A stretch of 64,000 nt of DNA from a virus. Lineage: Duplodnaviria > Caudoviricetes. Shown here one piece after another: positions 51,118 to 61,364 of this stretch (within the stretch, counting starts at the first letter, position 1; each line of letters starts with the position of its first letter). Location of the stretch: positions 158,732 through 222,731 of IMG/VR virus record IMGVR_UViG_3300035498_000530; one strand, 5' to 3'. A model generated the notes under the pieces. The model ran no database searches, was not told where the DNA came from, and saw nothing but the letters and a program-made list of their open reading frames with translations. The translations under genes and the position numbers were made by a program.

Positions 51118-53397
51118 TCAACTTTCGATTTCTTCATATTCTTCTTTCTCCTTTTGTCTATTCATAGCTTCAGTTGAAAGAAGATATTTCTGATCTTCCT
51201 CATAGATATACTCTATAGGTTGAGATACAATAGGAACTCTTCTTCTATTTATCTCCTTAGGAAGACTCCTAGGATCATAGACTTCACCCTTACCAATTGG
51301 TATTATTGGGCTCCTATTTTGTATATGATATCCAAATTGCATTGGTGGTAATATAGTAGCAATTGGATTAATAATTTTCTTCTTAATCTTCTGGAACAAA
51401 ATCCTGATTCCTATAACCTTGAAATAACAGTTAATAGTTTCAGCATTTCTGTTCTTATCATTATCATTTACTTTTATATCGAAATTATATGGATCTCCTG
51501 TGGCAAGATTTTTTGCTCTTAATCTTGCATTTTGAGATGCAATATATTCCATTATAAGTTTCATTGTAACTCCAATTCCGGTATGAAGTAAATTTCCGAT
51601 TTCCATTTCACCAAATTTTACAGGTGTCTTAGATATTGTAGATTTGAAGTTCTTTGCATTCTTTGACCTTGAGTTTGCACTCTTTATATTAATAGCTGAT
51701 AAAGATGTTGCACTGAACTTTTCTTCAGCTCTCTGCTTTAATCTGTGTATATACTGATAAGCTATCAATAATGGTCTATTTGTTTGTACCATTCTTATTG
51801 AACCATCTGAACCCTTCATAGGAACAAATGCTCTTTGAGGTTTAGCGAATGGGAAAGCCTCATACAATTCAGCTAAAATATCTATTGTAGGGGATCCTGT
51901 TATTGGTTTCAAACTAACTATAAGTCCATCATCTACAACGATACTATTAAACAAGCACATCATTTCATCAAAATCATCATGAATTTTTTCTAATGTTTTA
52001 CTTATAAACTCTGCTTGTTCTGGATTTATTATCTTATAGAATTTAATTATCATTTCAAATGACAGATATATATCTAAATTATTATCTACTATGAAATGAA
52101 CAAGTGATGTAGCTACATGATTTATACTCATTTCATCGGTCTGACCATAGTTTTCTCTATTAGGCATAGTATTTATATTGAATATAAGTTCTGCCCTCTG
52201 ACCATTTGGTAGCATTGGCATCATTTCAGCTGGAAGTATAGATGATACTACACCCTTGCCACCATATCTATTACATATCTTGTCTCCAATTTTTAATCCA
52301 TTTCTTTCCATTACAGTTATTTTAATAACTGCATTTGAGAATTTCTTTTCATTAATATATTGCTTTCCTTCAAGTAAATCTTTGGAATTGTAATATACTT
52401 TTTGAGCTTCGTATTCAAGAGAACAGCCTTCTCTTAATACTAAATCATTTATAGTATCAACTACAGTTTGAGCAAATCTTCTCTGCTCAAGATAATACCC
52501 ATAGATTTGCTGATAATATGGATTTGTAGATATAAATTCTATATTATTACAACTTACATTAATATCAACAACTTGTCCTTTGATACTGTATTTATCATCA
52601 GACATCATTAATGTTTTCAAATTTCTATCAGATTGAGAATATAATATTTCATTCTTATTCTCTCTTCTTGTTCCCATAAGAATGCCATCATCATTGACAT
52701 ATTCATAAAGATCTGGAACTACTTTATATTCGCCATCTTTACCATATATATTGAGAGGCATATCATTTTCATTAAGTGTTATAACAACTTCATGGAATGT
52801 TGGAGACCCCATTTTATTTTGAGCAGGCTCTGATAAACGTATTCCATCTTCTGTTGTATCTAATGTTGCTACATAGCAAGTTAATAAGTTTACTCCGTCT
52901 TTTCTAAGTCCATTATCTTCAAAAGATGTACTAGTCCTAATAATACTTCCTTTATAAACTGTTTGACCTATATCAAGATCATCAAGATATGAATTATTAT
53001 ATCTATATCCATACTCTTCAGTAATATGCTTATAATCAGTTCTTTCTATCATACGCAATTCATTAGTAATTAGATTTTTAAGCAATACATAGTAGTGATT
53101 CATAGGAATATCTGTATTTAAAAATAAAGGTATCTTTGATACTACTGTATAATCATTATCATATACCTCATAAGATGATGAAAGCCTTCCTGCTTCTTTC
53201 ATATTTCCATGAGGTGCAACTTTTGGTACTTCTGCTTTTTCAAGTACCATTTTTTGGCTATTTTGTGCCGCAGCCATAATTTTTCTAGAACCAGAATTCA
53301 ATGTATTAAATGGATAATAACCATTTTTACCGGCAATCTGATCTAGATTCTTAATTCTATTTTTTGGCTCTAGCATCGATTCTTTAAAATTTTTCAT
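51118..53397 (-). CDS. Non-virion RNA polymerase beta subunit, C-terminal part
   Basis: SRKIMAAAQNSQ, TTEDGI, IGDKICNRYGGKGVVS, MPNRENYGQ, KFGEME. Early motif at 53450-53458. Confidence 0.92.
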   Translation of the reverse strand: MKNFKESMLEPKNRIKNLDQIAGKNGYYPFNTLNSGSRKIMAAAQNSQKMVLEKAEVPKVAPHGNMKEAGRLSSSYEVYDNDYTVVSKIPLFLNTDIPMNHYYVLLKNLITNELRMIERTDYKHITEEYGYRYNNSYLDDLDIGQTVYKGSIIRTSTSFEDNGLRKDGVNLLTCYVATLDTTEDGIRLSEPAQNKMGSPTFHEVVITLNENDMPLNIYGKDGEYKVVPDLYEYVNDDGILMGTRRENKNEILYSQSDRNLKTLMMSDDKYSIKGQVVDINVSCNNIEFISTNPYYQQIYGYYLEQRRFAQTVVDTINDLVLREGCSLEYEAQKVYYNSKDLLEGKQYINEKKFSNAVIKITVMERNGLKIGDKICNRYGGKGVVSSILPAEMMPMLPNGQRAELIFNINTMPNRENYGQTDEMSINHVATSLVHFIVDNNLDIYLSFEMIIKFYKIINPEQAEFISKTLEKIHDDFDEMMCLFNSIVVDDGLIVSLKPITGSPTIDILAELYEAFPFAKPQRAFVPMKGSDGSIRMVQTNRPLLIAYQYIHRLKQRAEEKFSATSLSAINIKSANSRSKNAKNFKSTISKTPVKFGEMEIGNLLHTGIGVTMKLIMEYIASQNARLRAKNLATGDPYNFDIKVNDNDKNRNAETINCYFKVIGIRILFQKIKKKIINPIATILPPMQFGYHIQNRSPIIPIGKGEVYDPRSLPKEINRRRVPIVSQPIEYIYEEDQKYLLSTEAMNRQKEKEEYEEIES

Positions 53398-53463
53398 TTT
53401 TCATCCCTCCTGTATGAAATTGGTATGGAGCTGTACCCCATACCAATTTATAATATATCATTA

Positions 53464-54702
53464 TTACAAATTATTGTTTATCTGTGCCATGATATCACTC
53501 ATTATATTCATAGAGTTGGAGTTTGTCTGACTCTGCTGATCCACAAAATCTATCTGAGCTTTAAGCACTTCAATGCATTTGCTAATGAATACATTAGTTA
53601 ATTCAGGATTTTCTGCTAATTCCTTTTTAAAATTCTTCTGAGCAAACTTAATATTCTCTGCTCCTTCAATATAGTAGTAGGCTCCAGCACCTTTAACTTT
53701 ACCTATATTTTTAAGCATTAAGAACATTGATAATTCTGCATCGAATCCAGTATTATAATTGAATATCAATGGAACTGACTGATTGACACTTGCTACTCTA
53801 GATTTAAGCAAGCTTACGTCTACAATAGAACCATTAATACCAAATTCTTTATCTGGTTTGAGTTTTGAATTGTCATCGAACCTTATGATATTATTTGACA
53901 TATAAATTGGAGTATTGCCTCCTGGAAGGGTTTCGTTCTGCTTAAGATATGAAATCTGAGATTTTGTCATCTTAAACTGATTGATTTCAACTTTCTGATT
54001 TATATGATTGATAACAAATATGATTATATTTGCCATCTTAAGTAAAGGAGTAATCCTTTTAAATAAAGATGCATTAGCCTTAGCAGTTGCAGTTGCAGAC
54101 ATCTGACCAGACATATCATCTTCTTCAGTATACTTCTCTGGCATAAGCAATGCCAATGAGTCAAGTATAACTACCGTTGGTTCAAGCTTATATATCTTCT
54201 CTCCACTAGTGTCATACAGACCTGTATCATACAAATAAGCAGATCTATTTGCCAACTTAGTATCATGTATAAGCTTGATTCTTTCATATACATTCTCTGT
54301 ATTAATACCAGTATTTCTGGAAACATATCGTTCGTCCAAATCTTTTCCAGTAAATCCTGATAATATTTCTTTTCTACCTCTTGTAATACCACCCTCAATA
54401 AGCTCTTCAAATATACAAGAAGTCTTAAAAGGTCTTATTATGTTTGCTGCAGCTTGTTCTACCCATGTAGTTTTACCACAACCAGAACGTCCTATAACCA
54501 TGTTTATAGAACCATCCTGTATTCCTACAGAATAATATTCTGTATTAACTCCGTTTGTATTTACATGTATTTTACATCCATTCATAAAGTCAAATGGAAG
54601 AAAACCAGTTGAATAATAAACATCGAATTCTGTTTCAGTTTTCATTCTTGGGTCTTTCATCTTTGATACTTGTTCCCTAAAACTTTCAGCCAAAATACTC
54701 AT
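53464..54702 (-). CDS. recA: RecA/UvsX-like recombinase
   Basis: GRSGCGKTT, VILDSLA, INHI, PGG. Promoter AACC-TTTAAT-TA at 54731-54742. Confidence 0.88.
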   Translation of the reverse strand: MSILAESFREQVSKMKDPRMKTETEFDVYYSTGFLPFDFMNGCKIHVNTNGVNTEYYSVGIQDGSINMVIGRSGCGKTTWVEQAAANIIRPFKTSCIFEELIEGGITRGRKEILSGFTGKDLDERYVSRNTGINTENVYERIKLIHDTKLANRSAYLYDTGLYDTSGEKIYKLEPTVVILDSLALLMPEKYTEEDDMSGQMSATATAKANASLFKRITPLLKMANIIIFVINHINQKVEINQFKMTKSQISYLKQNETLPGGNTPIYMSNNIIRFDDNSKLKPDKEFGINGSIVDVSLLKSRVASVNQSVPLIFNYNTGFDAELSMFLMLKNIGKVKGAGAYYYIEGAENIKFAQKNFKKELAENPELTNVFISKCIEVLKAQIDFVDQQSQTNSNSMNIMSDIMAQINNNL

Positions 54703-54796
54703 TACGATTTATCCTCCTTAGAAATAATTTTAATTAAAGGTTACCCATCGTGTAAAAAAATAAAGGTAGATGCTATACACATCTACCTTATTTGTA

Positions 54797-55720
54797 TTAC
54801 TTATACAATGATAATACTGGGAACCTAAGTCCTGTATTTATTTGATCCTGAATGCACTGATATGTGCGTGGGAATCTATTTGAAGACATTCCCTGTACAT
54901 CATATAATACTGGCTTTGTTCCTTCTCTGATAAATTTATCTTTGTTAGCTATTATGCTATACTGAGAAAGGATATTCAATATAGATGCTCTTGGTACGTT
55001 TTCCAAAATGGTAAACAATCCAATCAGCATATTTGTAATTCTACCAATATCTGTATTTGGCTTTACTATACTGGCATCACATAAAGTATCTATTATCAAT
55101 GCTGGCAATCTATCATATAATACTTCATAAATCCAGATTACTTCCTGAGCACTAATAACATTTTCTGCTTCCAGTATTGCTTTATTAACCATAGATACTT
55201 GCTCATATTCATCAAAACTAGAATGCTTAGAAGCAAGTATTTTGTATATATCTCTTTGAGATACTTTATCTAATCTATTACACAATGAAGTATATTCATT
55301 ATAATGATAGAAAGATATAAATTGACAACCAATGGCAAATATTTCACTTCTATTAGGTTCATTTATTAAGAATTTAAATAACTTTATTTTTGATTCCTCA
55401 GTAAGATTTACTTTATTTGAAGTGACCATATCATATAACATAGATATTACTCTTCTATTTAAGAAGTCTGGACCAATTTTATTTATTGTATCATTGATCG
55501 CTGCATAAATAGCTTGTGACAAATCTGCATCAGGAATATTAGGATCATTAGACATTAATATCTCTGGAGCTTTTAAAATCACATCAGGATTTATAAATTC
55601 TCTGATGCTTCTTGTTTTTACTTGATTCTTGTCTAGATCTATTTTCTTTTTAAGATCTATACCAACCATTTCTGCGAATGATTGACCTGTGGTAATCATT
55701 CTATTTCTTTGTCCTCCCAT
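54797..55720 (-). CDS. Hypothetical helical protein downstream of the tubulin-like gene
   Basis: 307 aa; AAGGAGG RBS. Confidence 0.7.
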   Translation of the reverse strand: MGGQRNRMITTGQSFAEMVGIDLKKKIDLDKNQVKTRSIREFINPDVILKAPEILMSNDPNIPDADLSQAIYAAINDTINKIGPDFLNRRVISMLYDMVTSNKVNLTEESKIKLFKFLINEPNRSEIFAIGCQFISFYHYNEYTSLCNRLDKVSQRDIYKILASKHSSFDEYEQVSMVNKAILEAENVISAQEVIWIYEVLYDRLPALIIDTLCDASIVKPNTDIGRITNMLIGLFTILENVPRASILNILSQYSIIANKDKFIREGTKPVLYDVQGMSSNRFPRTYQCIQDQINTGLRFPVLSLYK

Positions 55721-55744
55721 TTTCTTTTCCTCCTTAAATCACCA

Positions 55745-56959
55745 TTAGAATTTGGAATCATCAATATTCATTCCCATAGAAATTCCCATCTCTGATTCCT
55801 TTTTATGAGTTTTATTTACATGTTTCTCCGGTTGTTTATTCTTATTTTTCTTCCTTCTATTGGTATCTCTTGAGTCGATCAATACATCTGTAGGATCATC
55901 TTCAAGATCTCCAATAGTATTAAAGAAATTATCATTAGACTTATCTACATAAGAAGACTGTGTTCTATATCTTTCATATGTAGCCATAACTTCATCCATA
56001 GGCATCTTCATACCTGAAGAAATTATGCACATATATTCTTCGGTTCCCACATACTGCTTATGTATATATAAATCCAAAGGAAATCCCAAACGGTCTTTAA
56101 TAACCTTGAAATCATTATCAATATGATTCAAAGTCTTTTCCTCAGCATTAAGAATAATACCCAATTTAAATGCTGATGGTGTTGTATCTAATGATTTGCT
56201 ATCATCAAGCATATCATTTACAATCTGATTAAACTGATCTGGATTCTTTATCTTTTCATCCAACTTAATATGCTCTATCTGCATATAACCCGGATAAGTT
56301 GAAAGATTAGTCAAATCCTGTTTATCGATATTTTGCTCTGATTCAACAATCATGAGACCCTGCAGAATCTTTAATCTCTCAGCAAACTCAATATTCGCTG
56401 CCTGCTCTGCTGTCTTTCTATTACCAGTTCCATCAAGGAATTTCTTATTACTTGTAGCTTCTACTGCAATTCCTGGAACTATTTCTTTAAAGAAGTTAAC
56501 GGTATTCTGAATACCCTTAACATCATCTTCAAAACCAATCAATGCATAAATATGTACATTGAAATATTCATCATCATCCATATCCTCATAAATTGATCTT
56601 GCTAATTCTGGTATTGCACCTGAACCGGTGCCACCTTCAGTTGATCCTACAATAACAGTAAGATCATCCTTTTCAATCCATGTAGACAAATCCAATGATT
56701 TTGTCTCCAATGAATTTACCATAAGTTCTTTTGCCAAGGCTCTGTTCTTACCACAGCCACCTGGTGATTCTTTAAACTGATGATAAATGTCAATATACTC
56801 CTGAGGTACATCTCTAGAAGTACTGTTCAGTATCATACAATTCTCTCTTGATATAGCCTCCTGGTTAATAGCCTCTATAACAGCTTTACCACCAGCAGCA
56901 CCTACACCTATTACCTTTACCTTAATCATTTTTGTATTTGCCTCCTTTATATTTTTCAT
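55745..56959 (-). CDS. Tubulin/FtsZ-family GTPase (PhuZ/TubZ-like)
   Basis: VIGVGAAGG, GCGKN, EGGTGSG (tubulin signature), NIDKQDL (T7 loop). Start at 56959 or 56929 by RBS. Early motif at 57007-57015. Confidence 0.88.
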   Translation of the reverse strand: MKNIKEANTKMIKVKVIGVGAAGGKAVIEAINQEAISRENCMILNSTSRDVPQEYIDIYHQFKESPGGCGKNRALAKELMVNSLETKSLDLSTWIEKDDLTVIVGSTEGGTGSGAIPELARSIYEDMDDDEYFNVHIYALIGFEDDVKGIQNTVNFFKEIVPGIAVEATSNKKFLDGTGNRKTAEQAANIEFAERLKILQGLMIVESEQNIDKQDLTNLSTYPGYMQIEHIKLDEKIKNPDQFNQIVNDMLDDSKSLDTTPSAFKLGIILNAEEKTLNHIDNDFKVIKDRLGFPLDLYIHKQYVGTEEYMCIISSGMKMPMDEVMATYERYRTQSSYVDKSNDNFFNTIGDLEDDPTDVLIDSRDTNRRKKNKNKQPEKHVNKTHKKESEMGISMGMNIDDSKF

Positions 56960-57081
56960 AGCAAATCGCTCCTTTCTTATAAATCGTAATATATCATTAC
57001 AAAAAAATAATATATAATCATGAAACGATTTGATAGTAGCGATGGATATATTTCTATACCCATCACTACTCATATGTTTTA

Positions 57082-57858
57082 TTAACTTCTTATTACATTG
57101 TAAGAGTTAATCATTATACTCTCAATATCGTATTCCCATCTTGTGCTTGTACAATAATTATGATTTCCATTTGGACTATATCTCATTGTATGTACAGATG
57201 TTTGACCTCTATCGAAATAGTTTTCTCTAATCCATAAAGATCCATATATTATTCCATGTTCTACAGAATCAAATTTGTATGCTCTTGATGCTCCTAAACC
57301 ATCAAAGCATCCAATACCAAAATAATTATACTTGCCTGCGTGGTGTTCGCCATAACCACTTTCTACTGCCGCATGAGCAAATATATATACTGGATCAAGA
57401 CCAGATATATCACTTGCTTCTATAAAATACTTTGCTTCAAAGTATGTCTTGCCATTCTTTCTTCTGTAGTGTTGTATAACTTTTTCCATATCATCAAGAG
57501 TTACATCTCCTCTTTTTTCAATGGAAGTAAATCTGCTCGGAACCCACTGTGTTATAGTAGTAGTTTCTGTTTCTTCTTCAGTAGTACTTTCAACAGTAGT
57601 GGATTCCGTTTCCGATATAGATGTTTCTACTGTAGTTTCTTCTGTTGTTATTTCTGATATAAATTCTTCTGGAAATTGGATTGGTACTATTACTACATCT
57701 GCAGTATTTGTTGCTGTTAAATCTTGTACATATGTATGAAATAATTCCATAGCATTAACATCATTAGCATCTAATATTGCATATATGATTAATGCTACAC
57801 AATATACAGTTAACATACCTGTACCTATCTTTAAAAACGTTTCTAAAATTTTCTTCAT
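57082..57858 (-). CDS. Membrane-anchored GH73 glucosaminidase (cell-wall hydrolase)
   Basis: N-terminal TM helix, T/E/S linker, HAAVESGYG (catalytic Glu), NYFGI, NYCTS. Start revised by the AAGGAGG RBS. Confidence 0.85.
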   Translation of the reverse strand: MKKILETFLKIGTGMLTVYCVALIIYAILDANDVNAMELFHTYVQDLTATNTADVVIVPIQFPEEFISEITTEETTVETSISETESTTVESTTEEETETTTITQWVPSRFTSIEKRGDVTLDDMEKVIQHYRRKNGKTYFEAKYFIEASDISGLDPVYIFAHAAVESGYGEHHAGKYNYFGIGCFDGLGASRAYKFDSVEHGIIYGSLWIRENYFDRGQTSVHTMRYSPNGNHNYCTSTRWEYDIESIMINSYNVIRS

Positions 57859-57925
57859 CGTATTGTCCTCCTTATAAGACATAAAAATTCGGGAATAGGT
57901 GACGAACCTATTCCCTGTGTATAAT

Positions 57926-58054
57926 TTATCTAGCTTCGTTTGTTTCCTGATTGTCTTTGGATGATTTTTTGATAGTCTCCTGTTCGTCCTCCGTCAACAC
58001 ATCAAATCCAAGACCAAGGTCTCCGACCTCGTTAATTACACCGAACTGTGGCAT
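57926..58054 (-). CDS. 42-aa early protein MPQFGVINEVGDLGLGFDVLTEDEQETIKKSSKDNQETNEAR
   Basis: Below the ORF-track cutoff. GGGAGG RBS, ATATATTAT at 58080-58088, hairpin downstream. Confidence 0.7.
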   Translation of the reverse strand: MPQFGVINEVGDLGLGFDVLTEDEQETIKKSSKDNQETNEAR

Positions 58055-58117
58055 AATTCTTTTCCTCCCTTCCATACTTATAATATATAATTGTTATTAT
58101 TATAATTTACTTTTACA

Positions 58118-58843
58118 TTAGTACTCTCTTTTTACTCTCTTGCTCTTATTCTTAATAGTATTAGGAAGATAGTAATCATCAGAGATAATGTTTGATTTTA
58201 TCATACTTCCGAGAAGATAAGTATTTAATAGATTGTTAGATAAAGAATCATCAATATCTTTAGGTAATTCTTCTAATCGTACTTGACCTAGAGTATTTAT
58301 AGTATTATACATAATACTCTTATCTTGCATAGCATCAGCCCTTGGTCTTGCAAATTCTTCTACAGTTTTATCAAGACCCATTACTATAAGAGCATCCATC
58401 TCTCTATCAGATGTCTTACCATTCTTATCATAATTAACAAGAAGACCAGTCTTCATATCTCTTTCATCAATATTTACAGACATAGAATTCTTCTTAGTAA
58501 TGAACTGTTTAAGCTTCTTCAGATGGAGATAAACTACGTAACATGGTTTACTCCATACAGGTTCATCTTTATCATTTTTATATAAATAATTCAATGCCAC
58601 TGGTTCAATAAGTGGAACATCAAGAATTTCTGCTGCTTTATTTATAGCAGCCATATCTGGTTCAATTTCAAATGAGTTATATTGGAAATTGAATGGGAAC
58701 TCTCTAGATACATAAGTCTTAAACTGAGCATCAGACATTCCAGCAAACATCTGTTTATAGTGCTCAGAATTCTTTCCAGTTGGATCTAAAGCATCCATAA
58801 CTTTAATAACTAAAGCTTCTGCTTTCTTTCTCTGTGGAGTCAT
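58118..58843 (-). CDS. Virion RNA polymerase beta C-terminal fragment
   Basis: YLHLKKLKQFITKKNSMS...GKTSDREMDAL matches RpoB YMLKLNHLVDDKMHAR...GQRFGEMEVWAL. Late promoter at 58866-58877. Confidence 0.72.
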   Translation of the reverse strand: MTPQRKKAEALVIKVMDALDPTGKNSEHYKQMFAGMSDAQFKTYVSREFPFNFQYNSFEIEPDMAAINKAAEILDVPLIEPVALNYLYKNDKDEPVWSKPCYVVYLHLKKLKQFITKKNSMSVNIDERDMKTGLLVNYDKNGKTSDREMDALIVMGLDKTVEEFARPRADAMQDKSIMYNTINTLGQVRLEELPKDIDDSLSNNLLNTYLLGSMIKSNIISDDYYLPNTIKNKSKRVKREY

Positions 58844-58924
58844 TCTGATTACCTCCTTTATATTTTAATATAATGTTTACAAGGCAAAAAATAAAGCACA
58901 GGGAATGAACCCTGTGCCTTAGTA

Positions 58925-59560
58925 TTATTCGTCGAATAATCTTTCCTTTAATGCTGCTATAGGATAGATTCTGACTAACTGATCATTATTTAAAATATTA
59001 TCCTGTATTATTTTCTTGTAGAAATATCCACAAAAATCATTTGTGAAATTATAATCAGAAAACAATGCATTTATATATTCAATCAATGCTCCACGCATAC
59101 TTGCCCCTGCAAAAATGTAATCTTTATCCATTTCTTTGATCATATCAATTATTTCAAATACGTTATTGATAGCATCATAAGGATATCCATTTGGATCGCA
59201 GTGATCAAAATCAACATAATCTCTTTGAACTAAAAGTATTTCTTCAAGATTAGGTGATTCATAATTAACTTCTTCTGCATATTTATAGATCATACCATAC
59301 ATATATAATCCGCAATAATTAGACTGGCACCATTCATCTGACATAAATGGTTCCAATATAGATTTCTCTAACTCATAGTTATTACTATTATAAGCAGTAC
59401 GAGCAGCCATTACTTTATCATGTACAGCTTTCATATCTATAAGTATAAGACTTCTAAGATATTTAATTGTGCAATCATTTTTAATATGATCGATTTCATT
59501 ATCTTGTATACAAGGAAATGTATCATTCTTGATTATGTCTTTTAACTTTGTCTTTCCCAT
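58925..59560 (-). CDS. Hypothetical protein
   Basis: 211 aa; AGGAGG RBS. Confidence 0.7.
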   Translation of the reverse strand: MGKTKLKDIIKNDTFPCIQDNEIDHIKNDCTIKYLRSLILIDMKAVHDKVMAARTAYNSNNYELEKSILEPFMSDEWCQSNYCGLYMYGMIYKYAEEVNYESPNLEEILLVQRDYVDFDHCDPNGYPYDAINNVFEIIDMIKEMDKDYIFAGASMRGALIEYINALFSDYNFTNDFCGYFYKKIIQDNILNNDQLVRIYPIAALKERLFDE

Positions 59561-59578
59561 TTTCTTTTCCTCCTAAGT

Positions 59579-59902
59579 TTATCTATCTAATTCAGATACA
59601 AATTTTATTATACTTACTAATTGATCTGGTGTAACCATTTGCATGGTTTGTTCATCATATGATAATATTTCATGACCATCCATCTGATCAATAACTTCTT
59701 TTGTTACAAATTTGTCACCTTTTAATATAGCAACTTCTGCATCGGTGCAGTCAATATATGAATCTGGAGTTAGTCTAAAAGATGCAATATTTGAATTGAA
59801 TTTATTAGAACTGAATGTTGCATATCCAAATATTACACTTATTCTGTATAAATTACCCAACTCAATTTGAAATCCACTTGAATTCATTAGCCTAAACATC
59901 AT
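59579..59902 (-). CDS. Hypothetical protein
   Basis: 107-aa ORF in an early operon. Confidence 0.6.
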   Translation of the reverse strand: MMFRLMNSSGFQIELGNLYRISVIFGYATFSSNKFNSNIASFRLTPDSYIDCTDAEVAILKGDKFVTKEVIDQMDGHEILSYDEQTMQMVTPDQLVSIIKFVSELDR

Positions 59903-59918
59903 AGTTTATCATCCTTTC

Positions 59919-60068
59919 TTAATTAAGTCTTATCACTACTTCATCTGTTTCTTCATCAAAAGATAAATCTTCAGAATCATATGATATATCATCATAATTA
60001 TCATAAAATGATACTTCATGATTCTTATTAAAATCCTGAAGACGTGATATAAGTTCACCTACGGTCAT
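59919..60068 (-). CDS. 49-aa acidic early protein MTVGELISRLQDFNKNHEV...
   Basis: Below the ORF-track cutoff. AGGAGG RBS; GTATATTAT at 60116-60124. Confidence 0.7.
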   Translation of the reverse strand: MTVGELISRLQDFNKNHEVSFYDNYDDISYDSEDLSFDEETDEVVIRLN

Positions 60069-60185
60069 AATTTTCCTCCTTTGGTATTTTATTTTGTATA
60101 TTTCTATACACAGATATAATATACAGTTATACTGAATTTAAATAACAAAAATCCAGAAGGAACATAGAATTCCTTCTGGGAATGA

Positions 60186-61364
60186 TTACTTATTAGCATT
60201 ATGTATTACTAATGTAAAGTAAGTTAATACTGCTTTATGATAAGATAATTTTGTTGCTAATCTAGATCTTCTTCTAGTATATGCTGTAGAATTTTCACTA
60301 AGAAGATCTTCAAGAATATCTTTTTGTCTTAAGTAGTTCTTATCTTTAGAGTTAGGTTTTGCTGATAAAGTAAATGTAATAAAGTCGATATCTCTTACAT
60401 CTTTACGCTTAGACTGAGCATAGTATGAATATACTATAAGTCTTACTAACTCTCTTATTTCTATAATAGAATCTTTATCATTAAGAATAGATTCTATTAT
60501 AGACTTAATCTCATCAGTTCTTACATTATTGTCTGCAGCAGCTTTGCAATAAGAATAATTAACAGATGATGTTGTTATATAAGTTACTGCTTTCTCTATA
60601 GCACGTTCTGCTTTGAATGAATCATTATCTGCTAAATGATAATCATCTTCACTAAGACTATCTGAATCATATGTAAGATAAGCATCTTTATTCTCATAAG
60701 CATCATAATACAATGAAGCTATATTCTTAATGAATGATGCTATTCGATTTCTAAGCTGATCCAATACATATACAGCATCAGTATCATCAAAATCTTTAAA
60801 TCTAGAAGCATATGTAGTCATCCAAGTTTTAACTATAGATCTTATTGCTCCTATGGTGGATCCCTGAGTCTTGAGATCATATTTAGCACTAAGCATATTA
60901 TTTATAACATATTCCATTACTTCTCTATGTTCATTAGGAACAAATTTAGGAAATGATCCATAATGCACTGAAGGATAAAACTTGCCAGAGAATGCTAAAT
61001 ATAATGCGGCTAACTCTGCTTCTTTATCATTCTTCTTAATTATAAAATATCTTAATATACATAAAGCTGTTACAGTAAATGGATCTTTAGCACATATAGG
61101 ACTAAAGTTAGCTATAGTTCCATAGTATGTTTTCTGAATAGCATCTTTAGCTTTATTTATATCTATCTTTACTGTATTAAATAAATCATCAATATCAGTC
61201 TGACCAAATGGTATTCTTGTACATGGTCCTATATCATATAAATCATTATGACGTGCATCCATAAATCTAGATAATACTTTTTTATATCCAGTCATATTAG
61301 CAGCTAATTGTTTAGCCACATGAGGATATAAGTTTGTTAATAAACTCTCTGTTGGCTTTGCCAT
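60186..61364 (-). CDS. Late protein of unknown function (start revised to MAKPTE)
   Basis: AGGAGGT RBS before 61364; late promoter AACA-TATTAT-TA at 61389-61400. Confidence 0.7.
   Translation of the reverse strand: MAKPTESLLTNLYPHVAKQLAANMTGYKKVLSRFMDARHNDLYDIGPCTRIPFGQTDIDDLFNTVKIDINKAKDAIQKTYYGTIANFSPICAKDPFTVTALCILRYFIIKKNDKEAELAALYLAFSGKFYPSVHYGSFPKFVPNEHREVMEYVINNMLSAKYDLKTQGSTIGAIRSIVKTWMTTYASRFKDFDDTDAVYVLDQLRNRIASFIKNIASLYYDAYENKDAYLTYDSDSLSEDDYHLADNDSFKAERAIEKAVTYITTSSVNYSYCKAAADNNVRTDEIKSIIESILNDKDSIIEIRELVRLIVYSYYAQSKRKDVRDIDFITFTLSAKPNSKDKNYLRQKDILEDLLSENSTAYTRRRSRLATKLSYHKAVLTYFTLVIHNANK

Noticed and set aside
18398-53397. Introns or inteins in RNAP, PolB, terminase or ligase genes
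   Set aside because: The ORFs are continuous, with no HN-C/S/T intein junctions or homing endonuclease ORFs seen.
56960-57073. N-terminal extension of the tubulin-like ORF
   Set aside because: It spans a hairpin and the early promoter motif; RBS-supported starts are at 56959 or 56929.
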